64,000 nucleotides of DNA from Novakomyces olei (lineage: Eukaryota), in the NCBI GenBank assembly GCA_016906335.1, contig JADEYG010000015.1, forward strand, positions 1,116,001 to 1,180,000, read 5' to 3'. The notes below the pieces were generated by a model, which was given only the letters and a program-made list of their open reading frames with translations, searched no databases and was not told where the DNA came from. Of this stretch, positions 23,226 to 36,678 are shown in pieces (position 1 is the stretch's first letter; each line of letters opens with the position of its first letter). A program made the translations under genes and the position numbers.

Positions 23226-23407
23226 GAGCAAATGAGAGAAGGGCAAACATACTGCTTGAAATATATCCAGCTCATACGACGTTTATTATCAAAAATTGCA
23301 TTTTGAATTAAATTAAAATTAATTAATTAATGTTACACATCATAAATATGATTTCATCCTGTAATTGGTTCGTCTACTAGAGTATGTAAAATCGTGTATT
23401 TCGTCTG

Positions 23408-25351
23408 TTAGCGTATTGCTTCCAGGCCTATTGCTCGTTCGGATTTAAAAAGGTTTGTGTAAAACCGTGAAGGTTCCCCCAACTTCTCGTCTCTCACTAT
23501 TATCCCTCCGAGCTCGGCCGCTACAAGTTCTTCTTGAGCGATCCCCATTGCGCAGCCAAGTTTTCTGGAGCATTCGGCCTCCGTGATGCAGCCACGACGG
23601 GACTCGGCGATTGCATTGGCTATTGTGCGGAACACGTGCTCCTCAGACCGGCTGGTCAGTTGGACAGTCAGTAATCCGGAACGGAACTCCCGGACTTTTA
23701 GCGGTAATCGTAAATCGTCAAATTTCCGACAAGCCTCCAATAAATCTTGGGGCGAGATCAAGTCTAGAGTAAGCACAAGATGCAAATAAATAAATAACTA
23801 AATTAATTAATACGTACCCACACCGCGAGCCCTATTGTACACAGCCCAAAGGTCAACAAGACTCATAACACCGCCTTCGCTCTTTAAAATTCCAGTGTCC
23901 AGCAAGTATCCGGCCACTTGCTTTGATAGTTCAGAGAGGTAAACCAATTCGCCCTTGCTGCCTCCCGCCATTTCCTTTGTGACTGCGGGAGTGTGTAAAC
24001 CTAACACATGACTGCTCTGAGTTAAAAGCGTTCGAGCTTCCGAATCGGGCTCTTCAGCCTCTTGTGAAGCAGATAGCCGTTCTGCAAAAGACTCGGCCAG
24101 CGCTACCATTTCTTTTGCACAAGCCATGAGCCCATCCAGGTCCTGCATTGCCGTGGAGAGAGTCGTACCGCTGTCCTGTACAAAATCACGGGACCGAAGT
24201 TCCAGACCTTGAATCCCTACCCGTGTCTGTTTAACGTCTGTACTTGGTGTTGAGGCAAAAGAAGCGACTGACTGCCCTACAGGAGTAGACTGACACCATT
24301 CTCTCTCACTCAAAGCAGCTTTAATCTTTGCATAAATTTCACTAGACCCACCAAGACGAAAACTTAATCTTGCAGTGTCTTGTTTCATCGGCACTTGCAC
24401 ACTGTCCCCAACTCGCAATTGTGGTGGCAAATTTGAAGCCATAAGCGGAGCTCCACACATTTCACAAGTCGCCAGTGCCGGATGGTTCTCGAATGTACAT
24501 CTCGCACACACATTACCTGTCCTACTGCAGGAGACTGAAGTTGTACCTGCACCTTTTTTCGTTGGTAAAGCCTGTAATAGTGGGGGATTTGGAGCAGGCA
24601 AACAAGAGGCAAAGAGCTCAGGTTTTGCTGCAATCCCGCAACTGGAACATACTGGCATTACCGAGAGACTTGGAGGTGCAGCATTAGCAAAGAAGCATAT
24701 TGGACAAACCCAGCCCGACGGAAGCCTGGTATCCTCCGGCTGCTGCTGCTGCTGTTGCTGTTGCTGCTGTTCCGGAATCGTTGGTGAAGGTGATAGTGAA
24801 GGTGATACTTTTTGCCGTGGCTCAATCGTAATTGTGATTTTGGGAGACGATTTCAAGAATCGGCCCTAGACAATAAGCATGCTGAAAGAAAAAAAAAATA
24901 AAATAATAAAAACTAAATAATAAAAAATAAAAAATAAAAAATAAAAAAGACACAGAAACACAAACGACAGGGTACGCAAAAGCACAAATAAAGAAGCAAT
25001 ATCACCACTGAAAATAGATAAATAAAACAAATTTAGGCACAAGATCAGAAAAAATAACTATATCCATACCGAATGCTCCACGGCCAAAATATTGTCAAGA
25101 GCGAGCGATATTGACCGCAATGGGGGCGCGTCGGCATCTACATAGCAAAGGCGTAGATTTGTTAAATACACTGATCCGTTTTGTCTGTCGACCACTTTAT
25201 TGGTGCTATTTACAGGTTAGCCTTCAAATGCATGTCTCAAGAAGTACCCGTCATAGAGTCCGACACCAGATCGTACTGAAATTATGCGTTCACCTGACTG
25301 AAGCACTGGCTGCCGCGCTGAAGTTACATCAAGCGGCCGCCATCTGCTCAT
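23408..25351 (-). CDS. VPS36: ESCRT-II subunit Vps36 (split GLUE domain, two NZF fingers, winged helices); 3 introns
   Basis: GVGLYDG, RFLKSSPKI, WVCPICFFAN and CARCTFEN...CEMC fingers, LSFRLGG, DLWAVYNRARG, LISPQDL. Also contains a polyQ run. Confidence 0.93.
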
Positions 25352-25744
25352 TCTCGCTCATCACAGTGCGCCTATCTGTAATCTTTATCCTCCATATTAG
25401 TCAGTTGTCGTTCTAGTTTATGACACGGATAAAAGTACGTTTATTTATTCTTTTATTCATTTATTCATTTATTCACTTATTCACTTATGTTGAAATATGA
25501 ATCTATTATCTATCCCCTTATAATTATACACTCGCCCACTCACTCACCGATTAAGACAAATCTACCATGAGTGTCAGTTGTTTGACTTTTTAGCTCTACA
25601 GGAACTCACTCAAAAATACATAGTTATATATATATATAGCCCAAGCGAACCCTCATACCCTTCGAGGGATTCAGCTAAAGCAATCGAGAGTTCCTAATTC
25701 ATTTAATTTACCATAAGAACAAATTCCGACCTATATTAACAACA

Positions 25745-25892
25745 ATTCATTTATTCATTTATTCATTTATTCATTTATTCATTTATTCATTTATTCATTT
25801 ATTCATTTATTCATTTATTCATTTATTCATTTATTCATTTATTCATTTATTCATTTATTCATTTATTCATTTATTCATTTATTCATTTATTC
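25745..25892. repeat. (ATTCATTT)n, about 18 copies
   Basis: Perfect 8-bp array; a shorter array of the same unit lies near 25455-25490. Confidence 0.95.
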
Positions 25893-26013
25893 GTTATATT
25901 ATGGTAACTCTATTATTATTACTCAATTGGTTATTCAATGCCCACACATTAAACTATTCTATCATTGGTCTTTGTCCCATTCACAAGAACCGTCGACCTC
26001 ATTGTCTGTCTAT

Positions 26014-26724
26014 ATGGCAAAGTTTGCTGCTGCAGTTTATGTGCTAAATGCCTTACGAATACTCAGTTTATGCTCACTCTCGTGCGCTGTAGCAAGTGCA
26101 GTTTGCATTGTTATTGGTGCGGCACACGAGCATAGCAAGTATGTCTTTGTCATGTTGAGTCAAGGGTTCTATGCCGTTCTTGCCCTGTGTCTTTTTTGTT
26201 CTGAAATCGACTTGTTTACAACCTTCTTCGACAAACACTTGCCCGTACTCGGCAGTGGAGGGAGTCTGGCTGCAACTGCTGCCTGTCAAGCGTTTTTAGC
26301 CCTGTCGGTACTGCAGTATCTTGACATAAGCTTTGCCGGTACTGGCGATATGCGACGTCTGATAATTGCTACGGGCGTTTTGCTTGCAGCTAGCTGCTTA
26401 TTCAATCTCATAACTGTATGCTCTCAGATTAATTTTTTGGAGGTTTCCTGCATTTAAGCCCTGGGCTATTTTTGTTTCTCTCAACGATTTCATTGTCTCT
26501 TGTCTACCTTTTACTGACAAAGAACCAAGTCTCTGGTAACCGAGAACCGAGCACGTGCTATGCGAAACGGAAAACTCAGACTCGTCTCTCCAATGCCGAC
26601 TTCAAAGCCCCAAATGTACGGACCTACCGTGCCAGAACCTGTACACACGGCCCCGGCACCATATAAGCAAAATATTACAATCTCCAGTCCACTATTGCCA
26701 CAGAAACCGCGCCCGCTTTTTTAA
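26014..26724 (+). CDS. Fungal multi-pass membrane hypothetical protein; intron about 26417-26529
   Basis: About four hydrophobic segments (YVLNALRILSL..., LFCSEI...F...LPVLG...L); GTATGC donor, CTGAC branch, Pro-rich tail. Confidence 0.7.
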
Positions 26725-27041
26725 GAAGGTCTTTGAACATGGCAATATTTTGCATCCGAATGTGCTTGGGTACATGTTCTGAGGCAAAACTGCGATGCTT
26801 TTGTTATTTGTATCTGCTTTTTCTGCATTGTCTGCTTTATCTGCATCGTGTGCATCGTATAGTTTTGGTTTGTTTTTTTCTACGTGTATGCATCATTGGT
26901 TACTCTTTTGACTGGATAGCTTTAATATTGTGCTGACTATCATTTTTATAAATTTTAATGCACGAACATCAAATTGCGTTCGTTCATCCTTGATAAAGGC
27001 CTTTTTGCTTTGTCGTAATCAATACTCGCGCCCACGTAACA

Positions 27042-27066
27042 TTATCGATAACGCGTAGCACGTGAC
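27042..27066. promoter_or_regulatory. Adjacent palindromic motifs TTATCGATAA / ACGCGT / CACGTGAC upstream of SUS1
   Basis: ATTATCGATAACGCGTAGCACGTGAC, about 190 bp before the ATG. Confidence 0.45.
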
Positions 27067-27252
27067 TATCGTTTAATGTAACGGTCGATATTATTATGTA
27101 AGAATTTTATAGTAAATTAACTGCAACGATTGCTTGTCAATCTTATCTCACTAGCCAAGTATTCTAATGTGCCGGTTGATTATCAAATGCGTGGTTCACT
27201 GTTTCTGCCAAAGGCAGCCAACGAGCCTCTTTCTGCCAAAGGGAATGGGAAT

Positions 27253-27678
27253 ATGAGCTCTGACAAAGATTCTGAACTGATAAAGCGTGTAAATGAATCA
27301 TTCGTTGACTCTGGAGCTTACGAACGGTACAAGCATTGAGACCTTACCACTCTAACAACTTGTAAAGCATTTCTTCCAGACTTCGAGCAGAACTACAGAT
27401 TTCCGGATGGCAGACTAACATGAAAGAGTTTGCTGCAAGTGAGTTCAATGCTGAAAAGTCTCGCTAACGGAAACCAGAACAACTCGAAGCGGATCAATCT
27501 CTAACGCCGGAAAGGCTGTTTGATGTCCTTATAAACTCTGAAAATTGTACGGTTCTAGTCAAGCATACAGTATCATTAACGAACTTTAGCAAAACTTCCC
27601 TCAGACATCGAGGACAATATACTCGGCATGATACGGGAGTTTTTATACACCGTCGTAAAAATGTCGGACATCGAGTAG
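27253..27678 (+). CDS. SUS1: SAGA/TREX-2 subunit Sus1 (ENY2), four exons
   Basis: Spliced MSSDKDSELIKRVNESFVDSGAYER|ISSRLRAELQISGWQTNMKEFAA|KQLEADQSLTPERLFDVLINSEN|SKLPSDIEDNILGMIREFLYTVV; three GT-AG introns with branch points. Confidence 0.88.
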
Positions 27679-27777
27679 CCCTCAGCTTGCCTGCGCGTGT
27701 CTACATTCATACAATTAGAATCTATTGTACGCTCAATCTATTAATACAGTCTAGACCAAACGTTATCCCAATCACAA

Positions 27778-30148
27778 CTAAAATTCAAGCGTCTCTGTCA
27801 CGTATACTCCGATAGCTCTCTGGCGGTTCAAGGCCTCTTCGCGTGTAGGCCGAACAGACATTGTAGGAAGAAGAGCGCCCAACTCGCCACGAGAGCTTCG
27901 GTAGAGCTGACCCAAAAGCTGTTGCTTGTTTCTGCCTCCACGAGCTCCCTTGGCTGCGGCAATCTCTTTCTTCCGTTTCTTTAGCATTTCGCTACGTCTT
28001 AAAAGCTCCCCAAACAGCTGATCGACACCAAAACAATGCTTCAAATTGTCTACTGATTCTTTCAATAGCGTCTGTACTGTTTGCAAATCAGAAGCACCGA
28101 AACGACAGCCAGGCAGACCGCAAGCGTCTAAACAGCAATTCATAACGACAAGATAACTGGTTAAGTTTAAGCTTTCCTCTGCACTGGAGACACTGCTCGC
28201 CTCCAAGGCTCTCAAGACTACTTTGTCAGCCAGCAGTTGCAACTGGCTTGCATTCAAATGAGATCGTAATCCTAAAGTTATTTCCTCGTCTACAAAGCTC
28301 TGTAATTGTACGATACACTTTGTAAAGAGCCCTGATGAATGAGCAGCATCACTAGAAATAATAAGCACTAATATCCTGCACAGGATGCTGGCACTCAAAT
28401 CCTTTGCTGAAAACACAATCTTTTCAAATATCTCCTCCCTCGACTGAAGGGCATTTTTGCCAAGCGCAAATTCTTCCGTCTCCTCGATATACCGTACGGA
28501 AAATTGTCCAATATCGCAAAGAAATGTGAGAGTTTTGTGGGGGAAATGCCGCTTGGTATTGAGTTCACCCGAAAGCAAAAGCATGCATAGCAAAGCCGAA
28601 ACATGGGGAAAATATTCGTAAATAAGAACATTGTGCTGAGGTGCGTCCGTTTTGGCATTAGCGTCCCAAAGTTGCTTTTCGCTTCGTTTCTCAATGACAT
28701 TCGCGTCATTTTCTATATCACCGTCTTTCATTGAAGGATTATGACCTTTAAAAACGAACCGGAAAAAAACGTCATCAAAAGAAGAGCCCAAGCTTTTGCC
28801 AAGCTGTTGTAAATTTGTCTCAATCTCTCGCGTCTCCTGTCTAACAGGCAACGCCGGTGCATCCAATCTGTTGGCGATAGAGTCTTTGAAAGACAGACTT
28901 TGGAAAAACTGTTGAACGTCTGATCCAATCAGACGTTCCTGAGACCGGCCTACTTTTTCAATCATGGATCCACCACGGGACGTTTCCGATTCTTTCATTA
29001 GTATTTCCTTCCCCTGCACAGCAAAGACAAGAACTTTTGTTGAGCGATGTTTGCCAGACTGTTCGAGAATATCAATGTAGCTGATCTCTTCCCTTATGGT
29101 ATCAATCTGATTCAACGATAATGTTCTTGGACTAAACAACAGCAGGCTAGATGGTAGAGCTATCGCAATATCTTTGGACGCAGAAAAGGGAAAAACACGC
29201 GAAATAGGGGTATCAAACTCTAGACATAATGCGGATTTATTTTCGCTGTTGCTGGTGCAGTCAATTTTCCGTAATACGTTACCATCAGCAAAATAAAGCG
29301 TTGATCCATGCACAAGACTCTTGCGTGGATCCAGTCGAGATTGTCCCACGTCCAAATTTCGTAAATACGTAGAGGCTGTTAGTTGCGGAGTATTCAATCT
29401 CTCAAGATCAACAGTTCGAGACACCCGCACAGACCCTCCACCCATTATCTGAACAATTCTCGTATTTGTAGATCGATCAATCATATTTTGTACATCATAA
29501 TTGACTGCACCCAGAGGCGGCTCAACCACCGACCTAACCTCAAATTTTGAGGGGCTTGCCAACATATCTGATAGAGAAAATTCGGATATCCTGCCGGACG
29601 CATACCCAACGATTAAATGTTTCCGAGCAGCAGTTCCACTCTCCGTGATAGCAATCAAATTCACGGGGCACGATGCGTGAGAAAGCGGAACCAGGTTCAC
29701 GGGCAATGCGTCTGGATCAGAGTCTCGCCATGCTGTCACTGTGCAATCCATAAAAGACCCATCTGCTCTTATCCGTGCCTGTGCAGAAATGATGCACGTT
29801 TCTTGCTCACTCAGTCTTAATGCCAATAAGCCTCCCGTGAAAATAGTGGCAGGAGGCCTTGGCGACGAGGCAATACATCGCCTTTGCTTCGTCTAATAAC
29901 CGTCAGACTCGATATTAAAAAAATAAAGAGGGATGCTGAAAGTAAAACGAAAAAAAAAAGATTAAAAAAAAAAGAGACCAACTTACGCTATACACATTAA
30001 TGCCTTCATGATCAACTGCCGCCGCAAGTTCATGTGCATTGTAGTCCGCATCTTTTCGCACTGAAACATAGATCTGTTGACTTAAAGGCGGATCATTGCT
30101 GTCGGCTTTGCGCGATACAATCGCTCCCAGCGATCGCCACACCGACAT
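27778..30148 (-). CDS. UTP8: Utp8/NOL11-like t-UTP subunit; intron about 29985-29894
   Basis: ELAAAVDHEGINVYS|TKQRRCIASSPRPPATIF beta-propeller start; helical C-half; terminal IGVYVTETLEF resembles the NOL11/Utp8 C-terminus. Confidence 0.65.
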
Positions 30149-31012
30149 GTTAAACTTTTTGAGCCAGGGCGATGATAATTTATTCTGTGCGATAATAATT
30201 TAATAATAATAATAATAATAATAAAAATATATAAAAATATATTTTTATATAATAATATATATGACAGGGTTATAATATGGATAATATTGGAATTGTAAAC
30301 CACCACTATCGAATTATCCGAATACACGGTGAAGAATATAAAATATATAATACGATTCAAATGCCTATTAAATGATATAATTTGTATAGTAATCCGAAAA
30401 TATAAGGTTTTTATCAAATACAAATTTTCATGTTCGTTTTATTGGTGGAGAAGCCTTCTGGTAGCACGTGACACAGTCGAAGGCAAGTAACCTTACACGC
30501 AGGAATGAATGTGCGGCATTGCCTCACAGTATATCTTGCTTTCCTGGCAAATGCCCCCCATATGCTAATTTTTCGCTTTAGTGCGGCGCCTTGACCGTGT
30601 AATTTTTGGAAACTTTTCAACGCATCATACATTAGAATACTTTATACTAGACACGGTTCATGCTACTAATCAATGGGTAATTGTTCCCAACTGGGGCCAT
30701 GTGGATATGAATATTTGATGCCACGCAGCACCGTCCGCTCCGAATAGACAAACGGTATCCTGAGCTCTGCTAACATATGATTGAAAACCAAAAACAAGAT
30801 GAGTAATATGCCAACAGAGAAATGAATAAATAATTTAAGAAGATGAGAGAAATTAAAACACATCTACAGCGGTTAAAGACGATCGCTAGCCGGCTGAACT
30901 CAAAACTTTTGGAACCGAAAAGATCGTAGAATTGACCAAATTTCAAATACGATAAAAAAAACTAGCCTCTGCAGCCGCTCTTTTACAATGCGATTGTCTA
31001 GCTGTAAAATTT

Positions 31013-33409
31013 TCAAGGAATCATGATGCTAGCTTCCTGAGCTAGAGACTGCCAATTCGCTTGCTCAAGTTCGGAAAACTTGACCTGCTCTGTCGAATAA
31101 CTCACGAATATTGTTCCAAGACGGTCTTGCTGTAACGTGAAAATAGCCATTTCTTGAAAGACACATTGACGTATAAGTTCATTACGATGCTTCTGCTCTG
31201 CAATTGACCGTGTCTCTTTCTCAACGATGTGATTAACTCGAAGTCTGTCTGCTTCCTTTGCTTTTCCTTTCGCCTCCAGTTCGTTCAGTTTAGATCTATT
31301 GGATTCTATTTTGTGCTCACAGTGCTGTATTGAATCTTTACCGTACACCTCAAGTCGTTCGAAAAGTGCCTGTAAAATGTTAGCATTGAAATAAATAAAA
31401 GAACAAGATGTAACGCGATGAGCTCAGCAAAACAAATGAGGAATTCCTAGACAAAATCGCTATTTAGGGAAGATATACTAACAAACGTATGGATTAATAA
31501 AACCAACGTTTACGAACTTGTAAGAAACAAATAGCAATAAGCCTTACCAACATCGCTGCAACATGATCGCGCTCTGTCTTTAAATCTTCCAAAAAGTTTC
31601 TGTCGTACGATCGCGCCTGTTCCTCTACCAAGTATTGCGCGGATTGCATATGGCGAGAAACAGCATTCAGGCCCGTACTGATATCGGAGTTTGCACGGTC
31701 TCCGTAAAGCCTTTTATATACATCAGGCTCAATCACAGAGTTCATGGCAAGCCCCATTCGCATGAAATCTGCTGCAATTCCTTCTTGCCGACGGAAAATA
31801 CGATCAGCCGATCGGCAGAATCCCCTTTTTAAACATGAGCAAGAACAAGAAAAAAAAAAAAATTTGAGCTTTGCTTACGTAAACGATTCAATCGCAATTT
31901 TGAGCGAACTCCTCAGATTTTTGGCCATTTCGTCAAACGTCTCAGTCGAAGGCATATCTGTTAGATCTATCGAATCGTGCTCGCCAAATTCGTTGCGATG
32001 CTTGTTTGACGTAGCCTTTTTAATCACCAACACGTCCTTGATGTCATTAGTCGGAAATGCTCAATCATCGTTTTTATTCAGCGTTTATTTATATAAATAC
32101 TTGTTCTTGTCCGGGAAATAATACGAAATAAAAGTTTAATACTTACGGTCGGGACGGTGACAAATGTCCTTACGATAGGATCGTTTCTCAGTATCGGATG
32201 GCTCATCACTGCGTTAAGAAAACGCATCAATCCCCGTCGCCTTCGCTCTAAGAACAACGAGTCACCAGAAAGATAGTGCCCATTGACTGTCCAGAGTTAG
32301 TAAAAACGCAAATGCAACGGCCTCGTCATGTGGCGTACCAGTCAAACGTTTGGGGGCTAAGGCATTAGCATGTCAACAGAAATTATATCAAATTGTAATT
32401 ATAAATATATATCAAAAAATAAAAAAGATTGGAGACACTTACGAAGTATTGGCACTCGCCGGAAAGGGTATCGCTTTATAAGCAGTTCCCCAAGCCAGAA
32501 GAAATCGCTATAGCGCCGCACAACTTCCGAGCCGTATTTTCTGCTTTTAACGGTGTAATCAATGTGACGAAACATGGGCAATCCGCTTTTTTGAGGAACA
32601 ATATGGATTATGATATCGTCGCGATCCACCAAGGCAGCATTAGCCGCCTCCATTATTTTTGTTTCAGCATCTCCCAAGTCATTGCTCCGCCCGTTATGTC
32701 CATTACTGCCGGAATGATCTGAAAATTCCAAAAGATTGCTTTTCCGTGGCCCTCCGGCCGGTGCGGAAGTTGCAGTTGCAGCAGTCGGCGAAGCTCCAGA
32801 ACGCCAAGGGTCATTTTCTTCTGCGGGTACTGTAAAAGCAGCAGGCGTATGACCTTCACGAAACTGCGGCACGGGTAGAGCTAAAGGTTAGAGAGGGGTA
32901 ATAAAAAACCATATCAATTAGAAAGAAATTTTAGATAGAAAAACGATGAGCGGGAGAGTCAATGTACAATTAATCTTTTCCGAGAAAGCAGCCAGGCTGA
33001 TCTCGTATCCCTCCTGCGCCAATCCTGTCAGAGCGAGGGCCACGTAAAATTGTCCAAGGCTAATATCGAGTTCGTCTCCCGAGCCCGGAGGAGACACGAT
33101 ACTGAGGATCTTCTCCACTGTGTGCCCAGCCAGTCCCGCCGACAGCACTAAATCTCGTAAAGACGAAAGCGCCAGTTTGACGTCACCGTTTTCATCGGCC
33201 TTGACGGCACGTCGTTGGTAAATTTGGTCGTACGCAGAGGGCACACGGCCTTTGTCTGTGCGGGTTAGTTTGTCGTGCCAAGCAAGTGCAGTACTTAGAA
33301 TCTCCAAAAAATCGCCCAATTGAGGCGCGTTTGAGCGTCTCGGCGAGAATGAGTGGGATCCATCACTGTCCTCGGCAAAGAGATCGCTCGCAGACGAGAC
33401 AGTACTCAT
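31013..33409 (-). CDS. MVP1: Sorting nexin Mvp1 (PX-BAR), multi-exon
   Basis: GQFYVALALTGLAQEG, VVRRYSDFFWL..LL.KRYPFRRVP.L, FLERRRRGLMRFLN..M.HP.L, and helical BAR exons (FLEDLK..RD). Confidence 0.92.
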
Positions 33410-33736
33410 TTTGCTCCAAAGCCGCACCAAAAGGAATACGCAACGTGATTGACAGCCGTATGTATTATGACATATATACACAATATGTGTAATGGGATAA
33501 TTATTATTTGGACACGAGCGTGATGATAAGTTAAATGATAATTCATAATTAATGATAATAATTCATAATTCAGAAATAATTTATAATTCATAATTAATGA
33601 TAATCCATAATTAATGATGAAAACAATATTTGAATAAATAAAATAATCATGGCGCAATTACAGTGTACATTTTATACACCATTTAGTCCTGAGGATATAA
33701 TTTATAAAGATTATTTCTTTTTAAATTGCAATATAT

Positions 33737-35560
33737 ATGGAGAAGGCAGTCCAATGGGCACTGGCTAACGGAGCTTTTGTCCACGATGGACTTGAATTTC
33801 GTGCCGTGCCAGACCGCGGCACAGCTTGTATAGCTTCGAGGCAGATTGAGCGTGACTCGGTCTTGCTGCGTGTCCCTACGCGCCTTGTAATCAGCGTAGA
33901 AACTGCGCTGCAAGAACTGCCAGGCCTTGAGCAATTGCAGCTGTCTCCAGTGGCGACAATTGCTGCTCTGCTTGCCTACAAGCAAACCGACATTTCCTGG
34001 TTTTATAGCGAGTACGTGCGCAGTCTGCCGGCCGACTCGGAATCGATACTGCAATGGCGCGAGGAGGAGGTGGTAAAGCTCCTGCAGGGCACTGCGCTTT
34101 TGCCTGCAGCCTTGGAGCGCCGTAAACAGGCGCAGCACGAGTATGCGGCACTCGCTACCGTGTACCCCGACATTAGCCTGCCCGAGTTTCTGCGCTGCTG
34201 CACGTGGGTGACGTCACGAGGGTTTCCACGACGGTTGTTGGGCAGTGAGGGAGAGCGTGGAGCTGAGCCGATTATGCTGCCGTTACTGGACTTGCTGAAC
34301 CATAGCTATGCCACGCCAGTGACGTGGGTGGCGGCTGGCTCAGGCCAGCAGGAAATCTGGTTTTTGTACCATAATAGCGCTAACGAGGGCGCTGAAATAT
34401 GTAACAATTACGGTCCGAAAAGCAATGCTGAGCGTAAGTGGAAAGTGTTGAATTGTCCCCGTCTTGCTTGAGGACTGGAATGGGCGGGGTTGCTCTCATA
34501 GTCGATGATGCTGAAACGATCTTTTAAAGTGTCAAGAGTTGGGTTTCTTTAGATTGATTATTGTCCATGTGGGGGTTATTTAGCGCTAACGAAATTCGCA
34601 GTTTTATTAAGCTACGGGTTTTGTACAGACGACAACGAAGCAGAGTTTGTAAGACTGCGTGTACGCAGCAGCTCTGGCGGTTCTGCTGCTGGCGAAGGGA
34701 CTCGTAAACAGGTGTTCGACGCCTTATCACGGCGCTGTGAAGGGCAATATGTTACGGAAGAAAACGGTTCTGAACTCTCCGGATCCGTTTACCGCGAATC
34801 TAGAGACAGCAAATACCCTACTTTTGAACTGAGATTGGGCATGGAAACGCTACCGGACGAGATGATTTTTTATGCTGCTTGCCAGCATGCCACTGAAAGT
34901 GAGTGGCAGGTGATAATGACTCGTGATATTGTAAATTGTGACTTAAGGGCTTTTTTTACAGATCGCTTGTCACCAAGAACACAGGCCATGGCGTACTTGC
35001 TCCTACAAAACACTCTCGAGTCTAATTTGCAGCGACTGAGAGTCAAAGACTCGGGAGATTCATTTCGAGCGAGACAGGCCGCCTGCTACAGACGAGGCCA
35101 GATCCGTTGTGTTCAGCGAGCTCTTGAGCTTGTGGATATGGATTTAGACAAACACAGTTTCAAAAAGGAAATGATGTCATTATCAGACTTTTTTGCAGAG
35201 AATGGAGAGCTGTGCGCTTCCCTTTTGGCCGCACTTGACCTGCAAAGCATAGAACAAGCGGCGTCAGAGGGAGAAGAGTTTACGCTTTTTGTGCTTTATC
35301 TTCTCCATGTCGCGGATCCTGAGTGGCACAGCAAACAGGAGTGGATTCAAAATTTGCCTCCCATCTCCTTGGGTTGCGCAAAGGATAGATTAGAAGAAGC
35401 GAACGATTTTCTGGCCACAATAGTGGTTCCTATACGCGAAGTGCTTCTTGACTATTACCCAAACGAGATCAGTGCAGATACAGTTGGCTGGGCCATGGAA
35501 GTCGTTGATGATAGAATGGCAGAGTGTGAAAATTGCTCTGTGCTGTTGAAGCTGCATTGA
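33737..35560 (+). CDS. SET-domain protein-lysine methyltransferase (Rkm/SETD3-like); intron about 34434-34601
   Basis: WVTSRGF, MLPLLDLLNH, EICNNYGPKSNAE|LLLSYGF, YRRGQ. Confidence 0.9.
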
Positions 35561-35738
35561 CAAATCAACTTGAGTCATGAAAAACTCGAAACATTCGATG
35601 GTGCTTGACCTTTGTATGCATCAAATTATATATGGACATCGAATATACATTTGCAAGCCAGAAAAATTTAATAATCAATGCATTAGTACTATAGATTTAC
35701 ACCCACATACTCAGAAATAGTGCATCCGCTTCAACCAA

Positions 35739-36678
35739 TTATGTGTCCAGGTACTCGAGAATAGGGTCACCAATGTTCCGAATCTCTGCGCGCAAAAAAT
35801 TAGTCATTTAACAAAAGTGAGAAACACTTACCGGGAAAACTGCATTTTAAGTCAAACGCCTTTGACAAAACGATCTTGAAAAGCTGTATAACGTCAGTAA
35901 CGAGTCTTTGTAAACAAAATTTGGGTACCTTTTGCACGTTGATTGAATGCGACGAAGAGCAAAAAATGAGCGGCGCGTGCATAGCCTTTGCGTACCGTCG
36001 CGCCTGTTTTGCGATTAGCCTGCGTTAGAACATGTATCACCCACCTGATTAGTAATGAGTGCCTTTTCAGAGTCTGGAAACTGCACAAAAATATCGTATT
36101 TCGTGCCGACGAGGAAAGGTATAGCTTCCTAAAAGCAGTCAATTTTTCAGTTCAAAGTAGATTAGTGGCTCAATTACCTTATTCATTCCTTTTGCCTGTG
36201 GGTACCAGTCTTTTATCGAATTGAGCGTAGTCTTGCGCGACAGATCAAACATGTAAAATATAGCGATTGCTCCTCGTGCTACGAGAGGCAGCATGTTTGT
36301 GAATTCCCGCTGGCCGCCAAGATCCCATACTGTAAATTTGATATTCTGGCCACGGATGGCTATTGTTTTCTCCATGAAATTGACGCCTAGCGTTTGTATA
36401 TAGTCGTCGTCAAAACATCCCTCAACGTACTTCACCATGAGAGATGTTTTCCCAATTTGAGCGTCCCCAACCATCCCGACCTTTAGCACGATCTCGTCCT
36501 CTTCCTCCTCGTCCTCTTCTTCGTCTCCTTCCTCCTTTTCATCAGTCTGTTCGAATGTTTGGCCTGTCCGCCGCGCCGAAAGCTCAGAGCGAGCCATAGC
36601 GTCCCATTCTGAGCTCGCGGCACGTGACGTGACGCTCAAGTTGCTTCGAGTACGGCCGTGCCGCCGCGTCGAGTCCAT
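35739..36678 (-). CDS. spg1: SIN/MEN GTPase Spg1/Tem1; 4 introns
   Basis: LKVGMVGDAQIGKTSLMVKYVEG, QTLGVNFMEK, WDLGGQREF, LVGTKYD, SINVQK|LFKIVLSKAFDLKC, GDPILEY. Confidence 0.96.

Noticed and set aside
30601..30609. Sm-site-like AATTTTTGG as a spliceosomal snRNA or telomerase RNA
   Set aside because: No U1/U2/U4/U5 signature and no CTAACCCTAA template upstream; kept only as a weak finding.
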